From assembly GCA_043228905.1 (NCBI GenBank), contig JBHGNT010000020.1:2356001-2420000 (forward strand): 64,000 nt of DNA, given 5' to 3'. The translations under genes were made by a program, and so were the position numbers. Numbering within the stretch: the first letter of the stretch is position 1; every line of letters starts with the position of its first letter. Below are positions 13,083-26,162 of the stretch, in pieces. This DNA comes from Azolla caroliniana. Its lineage: Eukaryota; Plantae; Polypodiophyta. Under the pieces are notes generated by a model that saw only the letters and a program-made list of their open reading frames with translations, had not been told where the DNA came from and made no database searches.

Positions 13083-14019
13083 TGTTATAGGTTTTACAGT
13101 TAGGGTTAATGGTAATGATGATTATCGATGAAGAAGATAGACATGGTGTAATAATGAAGATGATGGAGAGTATGATGGTGAGAGAGATCATGAAGATGTT
13201 GACAAGCATTGAGAAGCATTGCGAGGTGGGGGGTGGTGCCTAGAATGGCTCCACCCCCCTCCCAAGGGGGTTCAACGTTAAGGGGAGGGAAGAGAGAGAG
13301 GGAGAGAGAGATGACAAGAGAGAGATTGAGAGAGAAACAATTATTGTTGTATTCATTCATTCCCCATAATGGGTTAAATAGGTACAAAAGGGAAGATACA
13401 CAAGGGTGCAAGCCCCTTGGGCATTCACACCTAGTTACTCACTCACACCTCTTTGTATCCACCACACTCACACTTACATTCACACTCATAATCGTATAAG
13501 ATTACACATACATATCAACATGTTGCCGATTAGGAACACGGTCCACGGTCAGTCCTTCGACCTAGACCCCCGAGTGGGTGTGGAACAACGAATAGGCGTC
13601 TAAGCGTAATGCGTAGGGGAATGTTCCCTGTAACCTATCAGTGTATAAGGGAGACGGCTACAACCGAATCCTTAGCAAGGGTTACACTTACGTTCTTACA
13701 CGCTCAGGTATTCAAGACACACACAGTGGATTAGCCATAGCTATACACAGAAAATCAGAGAAGATAGAATTCTATTATGAGACGTTTCTTTACATTCCCA
13801 AAATTACACCCTCCCTCTATCAGAGGTTTTCTACCCTTTATATACGCAGGGTCTATCTAGCCGTTCACGCTTCCTGCGTGAACCGTTACATGCGTTATGA
13901 TCTTATATTATTTCTTATTCCTACGCTCTTGTCCGTCGGTTACTATTCCGGCAGACAACACAACACATTACATCTTTCACCCTCACTTATCAATCACCCA
14001 TACATCTCGTACGGTAACA
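13083..14019 (-). repeat. Solo LTR family E, TSD CATAT, containing a nested solo LTR A
   Basis: TGTTA...TAACA; CATAT at 13078-13082 and 14020-14024; reverse-complement homologue at 51619-52152. Confidence 0.88.
13521..13960. repeat. Solo LTR family A (inverted relative to 2052-2492), TSD CAACA
   Basis: CAACA at 13516-13520 and 13961-13965; reverse complement of 2052-2492. Confidence 0.92.
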
Positions 14020-14615
14020 CATATTGGAATGAGGTAACAAATTCTTGTTATAAATTTATGAAAAGAATGCAAAGGAATGGTACAATGCTACAAATAACAC
14101 ATGTGGTAATCATGAATCAGCTTTATCAAAACATCAAAATTCAAAGACTTGGTCGAGAACCATCACACGAAAGGGTGCATCAACCACGAGAAATGACTAG
14201 AACTACGAGTGAGCCTTGCTTGATGATTTAGTTCAAAATATGAAAGATTTAACAATTAAAATGGAAAAGCTAGAGAATGGTTAGACTTCAAGGTCAAGGG
14301 AACCATTTCGACCTCGATGCATTTGGTGTGATAGTCTCGAACATCAATTACATGATTGTGAGGAATATAAAGACATGAAAAATTGAGACTTGGTCTATCG
14401 GAAAAATGGTAAGATTTACTTCATTGAAACTAGGAGCCCACTTACGAAGAACTTTGGTGATTGTGGTGTCAAGAAAACACCAGCATGACTAACTTACAAC
14501 AAAGTATAGAACCCTTCTCTAAATCTAAATAATACTACAACTCTAAACTCGATGCCAACCTACACACCAATTCAAATTGCGAATATAATGATATGTGACC
14601 TTGTAGATGTCATGA

Positions 14616-14677
14616 TATGGCAAGATTCGAACCCATGACCTTAAGTTATATGGGTCGAGCTCTTGACCATTATATCA
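14616..14677 (-). promoter_or_regulatory. tRNA-like Pol III A/B-box cassette in the 5' LTR of family B
   Basis: Minus strand TGATATAATGG (degenerate A box) ... GGTTCGAATC (B box). Confidence 0.6.
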
Positions 14678-15116
14678 TCTATTGTAATACATACGATATT
14701 ATTTTCATTTTCATTTTATTATAGGAAATTAATGTATATTCCAGATTTCTTTGGAACATTCTAGAAGCTTCAGGATTACTACTGAAAACACTATAAAAGA
14801 GGGCACTAGGCATTATGTTGAACCAAATTGGTTCAACGCTAGTCTTAAGCCTTTTAGCCACCATTGTATATTCTCTTCACATAATACATATCTTTCTTAT
14901 CATCACTCTCTCCCTCGCTCGATCTCTCTCTTTCTCTCCGTCTCACTCACTTCTTCCTTCTCTCAAAGAAGTTCTACACCTCTCATAGTACTAATCCTTC
15001 ATTTAGTACTATCTCCTTCTCTGTCTTAGTACTGTTCTTGACAGTTTGAACCAATTTCCCTACCTTCTGTCTCTCTCATTTCCTACTAATCTCTTATTCC
15101 TCTTTTCTTTCATCCC

Positions 15117-16255
15117 ATGGCCACTGTTAGCGCTGAAGAATATCAATCTGTTTTCTCGGAATTTCAATGCTTGAAAGAGAAGTTCCATGCTTTGGAACAA
15201 GAAAACCAACGGTTGCTGGGGGATCTTCAGCAAATCTCCTTAGAAAAGCAACAAACGCAACAACAGCATGGGGAACTTGCGTTACGCGTGCAACAACTCG
15301 AAGCAACCATCGTAGCGATGCAACAACAAGGGCCCGGAACACAAGGGATTCATAAAGAACCCAAGATTGGCCTTCCCACGAAGTTTGATGGAACGCGATC
15401 GCAATTTAGAGGGTTCCTTAACCAAGTACGATTAGTTATTCAATTGCATCCTTCCCGATATCCCACTGATGCATCACGAGTGGGTTTAGTAGGCACTTTG
15501 TTAAGTGGCTCAGCGTTGGCATGGTTCGCTCCACTATTAGAAAAGGAATCTCCGTTACTCAACAATTTTGAAGAGTTTCTAGGTGAGTTTAAAGCATGTT
15601 TCGGAGATACTGACAGCATTAGGACCGCAATCAACAAAATTCGGCGATTACGCCAAGGTGACCGTCCAGCCTCCGCATACGCTGCAGATTTTCGCCTACT
15701 CGGCACCATGATCAAGCATTGATGGAGCAATTCCGTTATGGTTTACGCAACGACGTCAAGGATTTACTCTTGACCTTCCCCGAAGAGCCAAAGTCCTTAA
15801 CAGAAGCAATCAGTCGCGCGGTGAGATGTGACAACCACCTCTTTGAGCGATGTTCAGAATGACAGCTACAGATGCCGAGGGCAAGATCAGAGCCCACCTA
15901 CGCCTCAGTGGTAGCAAGACCTTTTCCGAGGGAGTCATATAATGCGCCTCCAGCGAATACTCCGACTCCGATGGAGATTGACACTACACGTCGTCGAGGG
16001 CCATTATCCGAAGAAGAAAAGCAGCGACGCTGTACAAATCGACTATGTCTTTACTGCGGTGGACTAGGACATATTGCAATAAATTGCCCCCATAGGCCAA
16101 GAAGACAGGTAAACCAAATAGTCGCTAGTTCTAATTGTACTAAACCCGAGCCTATTTCAATAGGGATATCTGATAGTCCTAATAGTACTAATAGCCCAGA
16201 TCTAGCGAACAAATTTGATGTCCTTAGTCAGTTAGAAGAAGAGTTAAACGACTAA
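15117..16255 (+). pseudogene. gag (sushi/PEG10-like capsid, CCHC knuckle), disrupted
   Basis: EPKIGLPTKFDGTRSQFRGFLNQ; PMEID; [14 protein letters not shown]; one frameshift and stops. Confidence 0.9.
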
Positions 16256-19200
16256 GTCCAGCCAAAATAGGAGCCGTTTGGTTGGACAACCCTAGATCTA
16301 TGCAGCCCATTAGTGGTTCCATTCCCTCTAAGCAAGTTAGTGATGTGTTCGTAGCCCAAGTATTAGTTAGTGCTAAAAGTGCCCCTCCAGTACATGTCCT
16401 AGCACTCCTAGATTCTGGAGCTAACTGTTGCTTTATGGATAAGAAATTTGCTCAAGCTCATAAGATATCCCTAAGAAAACTCCAGTGTCTAGCCTCTGTA
16501 GTAGTCATTGATGGATGTCCCATTGCTTCCGGAAATATCATAGAAGAGTCAGAGCCCATTAATATTTTCCTAGATAACTTAACATGTGTAGTATCATTTA
16601 ATATTATTAGTATCCCAGAACATTCCATAGTTTTAGGATTACCGTGGTTCGAGTTACATAACCCAGACATAGATTGGAGAACAAGAGAAATCCGGTGTCG
16701 ACAAACCCAAGGGTCAACTCAGAAGATGGCAACCATTTCGCTATGTCAGTTGCGTAAAGAAGGGCGCAAGGAGGAAATGTTCCTCTTTGCAATATCAGTA
16801 AACCCCTCCAGCACCACTAAAGAAGAATCCACCGTTCAACTTCCTGAGAAGTATCGTCATTACGCCGATGTGTTCGATAAAGTACAAACCAACACACTTC
16901 TTCATCATCGACCATACGATTGCCCCATCGATTTACAACCGGGAAAAGAGCCTCCATGGGGACCGATCTACAATTTGTCACCAACCGAGCTGGAAGTCCT
17001 TCGGGCCTATATAGAGGAGAATTTGGAAAATGGTTTCATTCGGCATTCGAAATCTCCAGCCGTCGCGCCCATTTTCTTCGTCAAGAAAAAGGATGGATTG
17101 CTTCGTCTCCTTGTAGATTACCGTGGCTTGAATAAGGTTACAATCAGGAATAGGTATGCTCTTCCCCTTATCTCAAGTCTTTTAGAATAGATCAATGGTG
17201 CTAGGTTCTTCACGAAGATCGACTTACGGGGAGCATATAACCTCGTACGGATCCGACCAGGAGACGAATGGAAGACCGCGTTTCGCACAAGATATGGGCA
17301 CTTCGAGTATACGATCATGCCGTTCGGCCTCACTAACGCGCCGACAGTCTTACAGCACATGGCTAATGATATATTCCGAGATCTATTGGATGATTGTTTG
17401 ATCATCTATTTGGATGATCTACTGGTTTATTCAAAGACCCAAGAAGAACATGATTCTCATGTACTATTAGTACTAAAATGACTTCGAGAACATGGTCTGT
17501 ATGCAAAGCTGGAAAAATGTAGTTTCGGGTGCAACCAAGTGGAATTTCTCGGCTACATCATTTCGTCAAAAGGCATCTCCATGGACTCAGCTAAGGTCAA
17601 AACAGTGGTAGAATGGCAGACTCCGCGTTCGATGCGGGATGTGCAATGATTCCTAGGTTATGCCAATTTTTACCGAAAGATCATACAAGATTACTCAAAG
17701 ATCGTTCTACCTCTCACACAAGTCACTAGGAAGGGACAACCGTTCATCTGGTCTGAAGGAACGGAAATGGCTTTCGAGAATCTTAAAAAGGCATTTACAT
17801 CGGCTCCAATTCTAGCTCATGTCGATCCGGAAAAACCATTCATTATCGAAGCTGACGCATCGGATTTTGCATTGGGGAGCATTCTGTCACAACAGGGGAA
17901 TGATGAGAAGCTACATCCTGTGGCTTTTCACTCACGCAAGTTTGACGCCGCCGAAATCAACTACGAAATTCATGATAAGGAGCTATTGGCAATAGTGGAT
18001 TCTTTTATGGAATGGAGGGATCCTCTCATCTAGCCACTGTATTTAGTGACCACAAGGACCTTGCCTACTTTTAGGATGCTCGTGTGTTGAATCGACGTCA
18101 AGCTCGGTGGGCCCACTTCCTCACGCGTTTTGACTTCAAAATTACATATCGTTCGGGGAAGCACCAAGGGAAGGCAGATGCATTATCACGGCATTCGTAT
18201 CTAGCACCCCGTCCCGGCAAGCTAGCTTTCGATAACCAAAAACAAGTCATCTTGGGACCGGCACGACTACAAGCAACACAGATCTTTGACATGCCCATGG
18301 ATTCCCACGTTATCGATACCATATGTGAAGACTTGAAGACAGATGTGTTCGCCCAAGCTATACTAGCACAAATTGATCCCTCTCGAGCATCGTGTTCACA
18401 GTCGCAACCACCAGGTACGGACTATCGGCAATTCAAATACCATGATGGATTACTCTTCTTTAAAGAACTTTTGTATGTTCCTAATGGTTCTTGCCGCCTT
18501 CGAGTAGTACAAAACTGTCATGACACATATACAGCTGGGCATTTTGGTAGTACTAAAACATTAGATTTAGTACAACGATCATTCTGGTGGCCCTGTATGC
18601 GACAATTTGTCGAGGATTTTGTTCGGACTTGTGATACATGCTGCAGAGCGAAAATGCCAAGGCATCATCCATATGGTTTATTAGAACCATTACCAATTCC
18701 AAGCAAGCCGTGGCAATCTATTGCTCTAGACTTCATCACAGATCTTCCAGTCTCTAAGGGGTTCAATGCGATTCTAACGGTGGTCGATCGATATACGAAG
18801 ATGGCTCATTTCTTGCCATGTACTAAGGAGATCTCCAGTGAAGACACTGCCAAAATTGTCACGCGTGAAGTATGTCGACATCATGGACTTCCCGATAGTA
18901 TCATCAGCGACCGTGGACCCCAGTTCGTGTCAAAATTCTGGAAGCACCTTTTTAACATGATCAAGGTCACTTGTAACCTCTCCTACGGCTACCACCCACA
19001 AACCGATGGCCAAGCCGAACAAACAAATCAAACGCTGGAGCAGTATCTGCGGTGCTTTCTCAGCTATCATCAGGATAACTGGGCAGATATTCTCCACTTC
19101 GCCAAATTTGCCTATAACAACTCTATCCATGCATCCACTAAAGTTATGCCATTTTATGCTTATACGGGATGTCACCCCCGGTGGAGTGTACTTGAAACCC

Positions 19201-19826
19201 CAGAGGCGTCCACAAATCCGTGCGCGGAGGATCGTTTGGAGCGGTTACGCAAGATACAAGCGGATTTATCTACTCATCTCCAACAAGCTCAACAAACACA
19301 CAAGGTCTACGCGGATCGTCATCAACTTCCATCCAGTTTTAATATTGGAGATCGGGTGTGGCTGCTATGATGACACATCAAGACTACTCGCCCATGTGAG
19401 AAGTTGGATTATCGGCGATTAGGTCCTTTCCGTATTATCAGAAAGATTAATGATGTCGCTTTTCGTCTCGATCTACCTCCTCAACTTCGGATACATCCGG
19501 TGTTTCATAGTTCTCTCCTCGAACCCTATCACAAGAGCACCATCCCAGGACGTCTTATACAACCTCCACCCCCGATCGAGCTTGAAGATGGGCCGGAGTA
19601 CGAGGTTGCCGCCATCCTTGATTCCAAGATTGTTCGCAACAAGCTCTACTATCTAGTCGATTGGCTAGGCTATAGTCCCAACGAACGTACTTGGGAACCG
19701 ATCGAGAATGTGACCAATGCTCGTGCTCTTCTTGAAGACTTCCATCGTCAATATCCACACAAACCGAGTCCTCAATCCAAGACGACTCGTGACACTTGTC
19801 GTTTTAAAGGGGGGATAGTGTCATGA
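16243..19826 (+). pseudogene. pol (PR, RT, RNase H, IN, chromodomain) in the -1 frame relative to gag; several stops and frameshifts
   Basis: LLDSGAN; YLDDLLVYS; EADASDFALG; HDTYTAGH...CDTC; [11 protein letters not shown]...[17 protein letters not shown]. Confidence 0.92.
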
Positions 19827-19888
19827 TATGGCAAGACTCGAACCCATGACCTTAGGTTATATGGGTTGAGCTCTTGACCATTATATCA
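19827..19888 (-). promoter_or_regulatory. tRNA-like Pol III A/B-box cassette in the 3' LTR of family B
   Basis: Minus strand TGATATAATGG ... GGTTCGAGTC. Confidence 0.6.
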
Positions 19889-20879
19889 TCTATTGTAATA
19901 CGTAAGATATTATTTTCATTTTCATTTTATTATAGGAAATTAATGTATATTCTAGATTTCTCTGGAACATTCTAGAACTTCATGGTTACTCCTGAAAACA
20001 CTATAAAAGCGGGCACTAGGCATTATGTTGAACCAAATTGGTTCAACGCTAGTCTTAAGCCTTTTAGCCACCATTGTATATTCTCTTCACATAATACATA
20101 TCTTTCTTATCATCACTCTCTCCCTCGCTCGATCTCTCTCTTTCTCTCCGTCTCGCTCACTTCTTCCTTCTCTCAAAGAAGTTCTACACCTCTCATAGTA
20201 CTAATCCTTCATTTAGTACTAATTCCTTCTCTGTCTTAGTACTGTTCCTGACAGTAGAGTTCTCTCTCTTCATAGTTGAGGTTTCGTGATTTCTCTAGCA
20301 CTATCAATTGCCACAAAAGAATTCTTTTAACTTTACAACATATTTTCTCACCCCAACTTGCGAATCAAAAGTGAAGGAATTTCGCATATTCCAATTGAAC
20401 CATTACCCCCAATACCTCAAGAACTCAAAAATAATTTAGAAATGAGGTATGGGTAAATATTGTTCTCAATATGTGCAAAAACCCAACTAAAGCAAGATAG
20501 GTTTACTTTGGTTAGAGACATCCACACTAAATTGATACACCTCCATCATGACCATCTTGCATGAAAGAAATTGATGACGACTATGTTCCAATTCCACCAA
20601 ACAAAAGAAACATGTTCCTCTAAAAATGTTTCTTTTTTTTATGCATCCCCCAATGGTAAAGCTCCAACTATAACTCTCTAAATTAATACCTTAGCTCTAA
20701 CATCAATCGAGAAAACCAACTTGCCTTGATCACAAGAACCACTAGGTAATGGGCTTACGAAAACCCCATATCTTTATAACCTTCTCTGTCGTCCACTTAT
20801 GTTTGTCAATCAACTTGTGGTAAGCATCATTTCTTGAGATCATAGTCAATCTCCTATTTCCAACAAACGTCCAAATAAA

Positions 20880-21250
20880 GGTATCTCTCTCTCTCATGAC
20901 ATATCTTACAATATACTTATTTTTTCAATATCCTATATGAGGACACCCCCTTCTCCTTTTATAGTAAAGGGATGCTCTTGCATGCAAGCTATGTGGCGCA
21001 TGTGTAGAGAAGCTCTTGCATGTGTGCTATATGGTGCACATGTAGTACATTGCTTGGCTTATACTATACAATATTAGCTCATATAAAATAACTTATACAT
21101 TAACATATGACTAAATGGTAAGCTTTGAGGCTCATAATGTGGAGGTTGTAAAACATCTTTTGTCCATGTAATATCTTTTTTGTTTCATTTGTCACCTTTT
21201 TATATAATATAATATTATCATAGTGCTTTGTTAATATGACCTCTATGTAT
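20880..21250 (-). repeat. Degenerate LTR remnant resembling family D LTR (boundaries approximate)
   Basis: CCTTTTATAG followed by GCATG-rich tract as in LTR D; partial tRNA-like cassette TGACTAAATGGTAAGC..CTCATAA..GGAGGT at 21108-21160. Confidence 0.4.
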
Positions 21251-21829
21251 ATTTTAATTGCGAAGCCTTCCTACATAACAACAACAGATTCTATGTCAAC
21301 TATTGTTGCCTGTTCAATTTGCCGCATCTCATGCATACATTGCCCTCAACTCTCTCACTACTCCCCCACATCAACTACCTCTCACTCGTCATCTTCACCA
21401 TGCGCACCCCTCTTTCCAGCCCCAAGGGTAATGCCTTTGACATTTTTCACTCTCTTCCCTCCCCTAAAGATCTTTATGTCTTCCAATCTCTCTCCTAGCT
21501 CACCACGAAAAACCAAGGCTCAATACCCGAGAGTGTGCACTCCCTAGTTTCAAGGGGATGTTAAGTACCTATGGTATATAACATGCTCACTAATGATATC
21601 CACATTAGCAAGAAGGACAAAAATGTGGGAGCAAGAGAGGAAGATACATGAAGTATTGGTAAAGTTAGAGCCTTAGGGTTACTTGAATGTGAAAGGAACC
21701 AATGACTTTTTGTACAAAATTATAAATGTCAATTTTATTTGGTGATTCTCATTAATTAAAGTATGGTTAATCTATGTGTTTTTATTCTTTTACTTGTGTA
21801 CATTGTCTAATACTAAAGCCTTAATAAGG

Positions 21830-22330
21830 CATTAGTAAACTTCTTGGTGCGGATAAACTTCAAGAGAGTTGAGTTAGTGTTTTTCTTAGTCTACTTACAT
21901 GATGCTACCAACTCGAGAGTTCTTGACAACCGCTCTTTCGTGACTCCATTAATAGGATATAAGGGGTCCAAACTCCCCTAAAAAATGATCTCAATGTGGA
22001 GACATCACTTAATTGACACAAAGACATGTTCGGTGTGAACACTTTGAGCTAACACACAAATCAACATATTTTTTTGGATCTTTTGTGATAATATGACAAA
22101 CGTACAATTGGCAAATACCCCAGTGCTGCATATGCAAACAAAACACGCTGATGTTCATTATCATTGTATCTAAGCCTGAATTTTGTCAAGAGACATCAAC
22201 CTCAAACATAATTAGAACAATCACTAGAAAATGGATATTTTCACCACAGTGCTTGGACCAAACAAACTCATACACATTTTGACAATAGTTTACATTTTCC
22301 ACTTGATTCTTAGAAGCTAAGAGGAAGTGC
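21830..22330 (+). pseudogene. Old Copia RNase H remnant
   Basis: Fragments read CDNM..LANTPVLHMQTKHADVHYHC. Confidence 0.6.
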
Positions 22331-23809
22331 ATGAAGACATATGTCATTACTAGGGAATCCAAGCTCATTGATCCATGATTGTACAAAATAAGGGCATGTT
22401 GAGACATCACGTTCAATTACACACCTCATGTGTGAATACACTCCTTGGGATATCTATGTATAAAGACAACCCTTTTAATATATGGACGAGGGATGCCTAA
22501 TATCAAATAATGTGAATAATTCTGATATCTTGTTCACTTTTCCATAAATATATGATGGCGTATACGTTTATGCAAGTACACATGGAATATGCTATAAAAG
22601 TTAAGCCACCAAATCAAGTATTGGATATCTTTTATGTGCTATTGAGTTATTTGTAGCTTTATCATTATTTGATCATTCAGTGCTTTGCTAATAAATTGTC
22701 TTAGTAAACCTTGAGAATTTATATAAAAGTATGTAAATATGATCATTGTAATCAATATTTGTGGATAGAGGTTAATTTGGGGAAAGACAAGCTTTATATA
22801 GACATATGCTACATTCCTCATAAAGCATCAAACCACTATAGTTGATTTGAGTTGAATGTTGCCACGAGAATATGTGTGCATGTGAATGTTGCCTGAGCCC
22901 ACCGAAGATTGTGTTATCAATGGTGTCATCAATGAATAGTTGTGGGAGATGATAGTTGTTATAGCATGATCAAATCTTCCCTTCTTGACTTGCATGTGTG
23001 CATTTGTAGGCACACACGATGTAGTCCCCTATATGTGTTATAAAAATGTGTCGATGTGTAGATTTTTGTTTTTTGATGAGTGGGTCCTTGTAAAATAATA
23101 TGGGAGAGTATGCGACATGTGTGTGCCCAAGAAGGTGCAAAAGTGTGTGCACACTTATAGTCTTTTCTATGTGGTTATGACTCATGAATATATATTATAG
23201 ATGTATGAGAACAATAGGTGTGTATTTGTGATTATATATACAAGTATATTTGTGATTATAGGTGTATAATGGTTTGCTTCTAAAAGTTTATGTCTAAGAG
23301 TTTGGGGGTGCTTGTATGTGTATATGTAAGTTTACGTGTAAGAGTTTGTGAGTGCTCATATGTTAGCATGCATATGTATGTATATGTGCAAATATATAAA
23401 ATGATGTGCATACATATATGTACGTAAGTGTGAGTGATTTAGTGAGTAGGTAGGTGTAGTGCATATTTATGCTTAAATGTTGTTGCAAAGAAAGAGGCAT
23501 ACTCTAGATAATAATATTTATATCTTTATTTCTTTTTATTCAAAACTTAGAGGTATTTAAACAACTTTTCTTGCGAGCCGAAAAATATGTCATCGTCCTT
23601 GTTTGATCCAAATCACCAAGAAAATTTCAATTATTTTGACGTACATAAAGATTAAAATAGTTAGGTGGTTATATTTCCTACATATTACAATAAATTTGAG
23701 ATGGGTACAAAAATCTATTTTGAATCTACTTGTACAATAGGAAACCCCTTTACATATGGTGAAAGAGTTTAATATAATAAAGAAGAAATAAGGTTAAAAA
23801 AATAGTTGT

Positions 23810-24650
23810 ATGCATCTTTTACTTGGAGCATTACAAGCATTTGCCAAAGTAGTGGACTAACCGTGAATATGGATAAAACAAAAAACGATGGTCGTGCTAA
23901 CCATCAAACCGCACTAACACCCTACACTTACATCTTAGGGAGAACATGTACAATTTGTGCAAAGATTTAATTACTTTGGTGTTGATGTACCCACCACATA
24001 TAAATGGAGTGTATGCTTTCCTTCCTTCGAGGCTCCAAGTTGGTTAGAAAAGTTATTTTATGTTGGGAAATCAGTGCAAGCAAAGTGATACACATCAATG
24101 GGAAGTAAAACTAATGTTATTTAACACCATGTAAAAAACTCAAGTTTTTGCTTTATGGAGTAGAAGTATGGGCATTATCTCTCTTAGTACATAGGATGAG
24201 ATTGAGAATATTAAAAAGATGATTTGAAGGAGGCATTGGGAGTTAAATACACCATCGCCCCACCAAGTTCTGATCTTGGAAACATGTGTTTGACCCATAG
24301 AGAAATCGGCACACCAAAAAGTATATAGATACATTACGCAAGTCAAGAATGTCTCAAATCATAGATTATTACATCTTGCTTAGAATGTTGATTGTACGCT
24401 ACAAAAGAATCACAAGAAAAAAATTCTATCATCTAATTGGGTTAATGGCATCAAAATATGGGGTGTGGAAGATCTCTTTGAGCTTGCAAGGAATGTTATG
24501 CAATATGTAGTTATCGAGGAAAGGTTGATGGAAATACTACGGAAAAAGTGGAAAGATGACACAAAAAAGGACAAAACTAGAATATTATGTTTGCAAACAT
24601 CAAGTCTAAATGTTACGTTTAATATAAGGCAAGAATGTTCTACTGATTAT
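23810..24650 (+). pseudogene. Degenerate non-LTR retrotransposon (LINE) RT C-terminal region
   Basis: Fragments SGLTVNMDKTK, VQRFNYFGVD (FKYLG-like) and LLYGVEVWG-like, typical of RTE/CR1-type ORF2. Confidence 0.6.
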
Positions 24651-25658
24651 ATTCAACTTTATCTCATTAGCAACTAATTCTTGTATTCAACCTTGATTTT
24701 TACATAACTTTTTCATGAAAGTTGTGATAACATTTAAGAGGGGGTATGATAGCTTAAGCTCATATGGGTATGCCTTATTCACAAGTAAATATTTTTGCTT
24801 GAAGTATGAATATCCCTTCTTAAGAAAGTGAGCCACATTAAGAAAACTTGTGTACTCATGTCCCATATAGGATAGAGAAAATGAGAAAACTTGTGATTTC
24901 ATGTCTTTGTATACTCAACTACTAAAGGAAGTGACTTTAAGTTTAGTGTCAAATAGAAATAAAAGAAATAGTATATATATAATTAAGATTGGGTATGCAC
25001 ATATCATATTGCTAATAAATCATCGCATATGTTCAAATGTGTCCTCTTTTTTGTCCAGAAAAGTATGCTACCCATAGTTAGGAAGAAATACAGGAGGTAT
25101 CATGTGTACAAGGGCCAGGCCTCATATAGAGCTCCGTGGCTTCAATTAACTCTAAACTACAGGGATCCTTCTACAATCCAAGGACATGGTGGGGATGTCG
25201 CATGGGGGGAGTCCTCGATGGGAAAAGCCATTTCGGCAGGAGATACCACCATTGTCAACTATGTCCTTATGATGCATAAGTGCTAATGAGATATTAATGT
25301 GAAGAGAAGTATAATTGTATTTATCACGAGCAAGATGATAAATATCTATTAAATAGTTGGAGACAAGGACTAGAGAGAACTAGCACATTTCATAATTGCT
25401 CACTCCTCTTATTAATAGTGTGCTATCATCATATCATTCATGCAAATTTAGCCCTATCGTTGATCCTAAAAAAAGGAGTGCGGTGGTGGTGGTATATATC
25501 AACTGAATTCATAAGAATGAATTTTGAAGTAGCAAATTTAAGGGAACTAAATTGAATTCAATTTTTTTTTGTGAAGTTGGATTCAAAATTGCACAAAGAG
25601 AATAAGAGGATATAATAAGTTGATCATAAGGAGCCAATCTAATCATGAAGGTGGAATG

Positions 25659-26162
25659 TCATCTATGGCACGAAGAATTTAAGATCTCCAAGATAGTTTC
25701 AAATGTGACAGGATCACATGAAACTTGAAGAGTGCCATGTTGAGAATAGCCAAATTCAAGGGCTGTTTCATGGAGGAGGTGAGCAAGGAGGGGATGATAT
25801 AGGTGGTCAATTTTCACTAGATAATAATGTGAATTTGAGTTAGAGATTCGAACAGGAAGGTAACCTTTAGGAGCACATTGAGAATATAGCATAGGATCAT
25901 ATGCATGATCACATGATGTTGTTGAACTAGAATTAGTCCAAGATCCAAATGGAGTTAAATGAGAAGTATAAGATCCACATAAGGATGAGCTAGATTGATA
26001 AGATTGACACTTTGGGGTAGTAATATTAGCAGTACTACATATGAATGGTGTGTATAAGTCATCTTGCGAGGTTATTAATGGGAATATTGGATGTCTAGAG
26101 GGGTATGATTTAGGGGCTTTTATGATCCATTTCATAAGATTTATGTACCAGGGTACGCCCAT
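25659..26162 (-). CDS. SAUR: SAUR-family auxin-responsive protein, 167 aa, intronless
   Basis: C-terminal APKGYLPV...LVKIDHLYHPLLAHLLHETALEFGYSQHGTLQVSCDPVTF fits the Auxin_inducible consensus; TATA-like TATATAA about 85 bp upstream. Confidence 0.88.
   Translation of the reverse strand: MGVPWYINLMKWIIKAPKSYPSRHPIFPLITSQDDLYTPFICSTANITTPKCQSYQSSSSLCGSYTSHLTPFGSWTNSSSTTSCDHAYDPMLYSQCAPKGYLPVRISNSNSHYYLVKIDHLYHPLLAHLLHETALEFGYSQHGTLQVSCDPVTFETILEILNSSCHR

Larger units (their letters stand above)
12712..14607 (+). pseudogene. Degenerate gag remnant related to the family C/D Gypsy lineage; probably continues after 20254
   Basis: FL*AVDKRYRKELELMLE (cf. FLKAVDIKDRWELG at about 60050) and RCIWCDSLEHQLHDC (cf. 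RCMWCDNMDHMRRDC). Confidence 0.65.
14608..20253 (+). mobile_element. Full-length Ty3/Gypsy chromovirus family B (Tcn1/Tf1-sushi-like), TSD GTAGA
   Basis: LTRs 14608-15043 and 19819-20253; GTAGA on both flanks; PPT AAAGGGGGGATAG. Confidence 0.95.

Noticed and set aside
13641-14231. 196-aa ORF (and its relative 2156-2404)
   Set aside because: Crosses LTR A, LTR E and host junctions; a chance ORF in LTR sequence.
25600-25658. SAUR DST instability element
   Set aside because: Only TAGAT is seen; the full GGA...ATAGAT...GTA arrangement is not evident.
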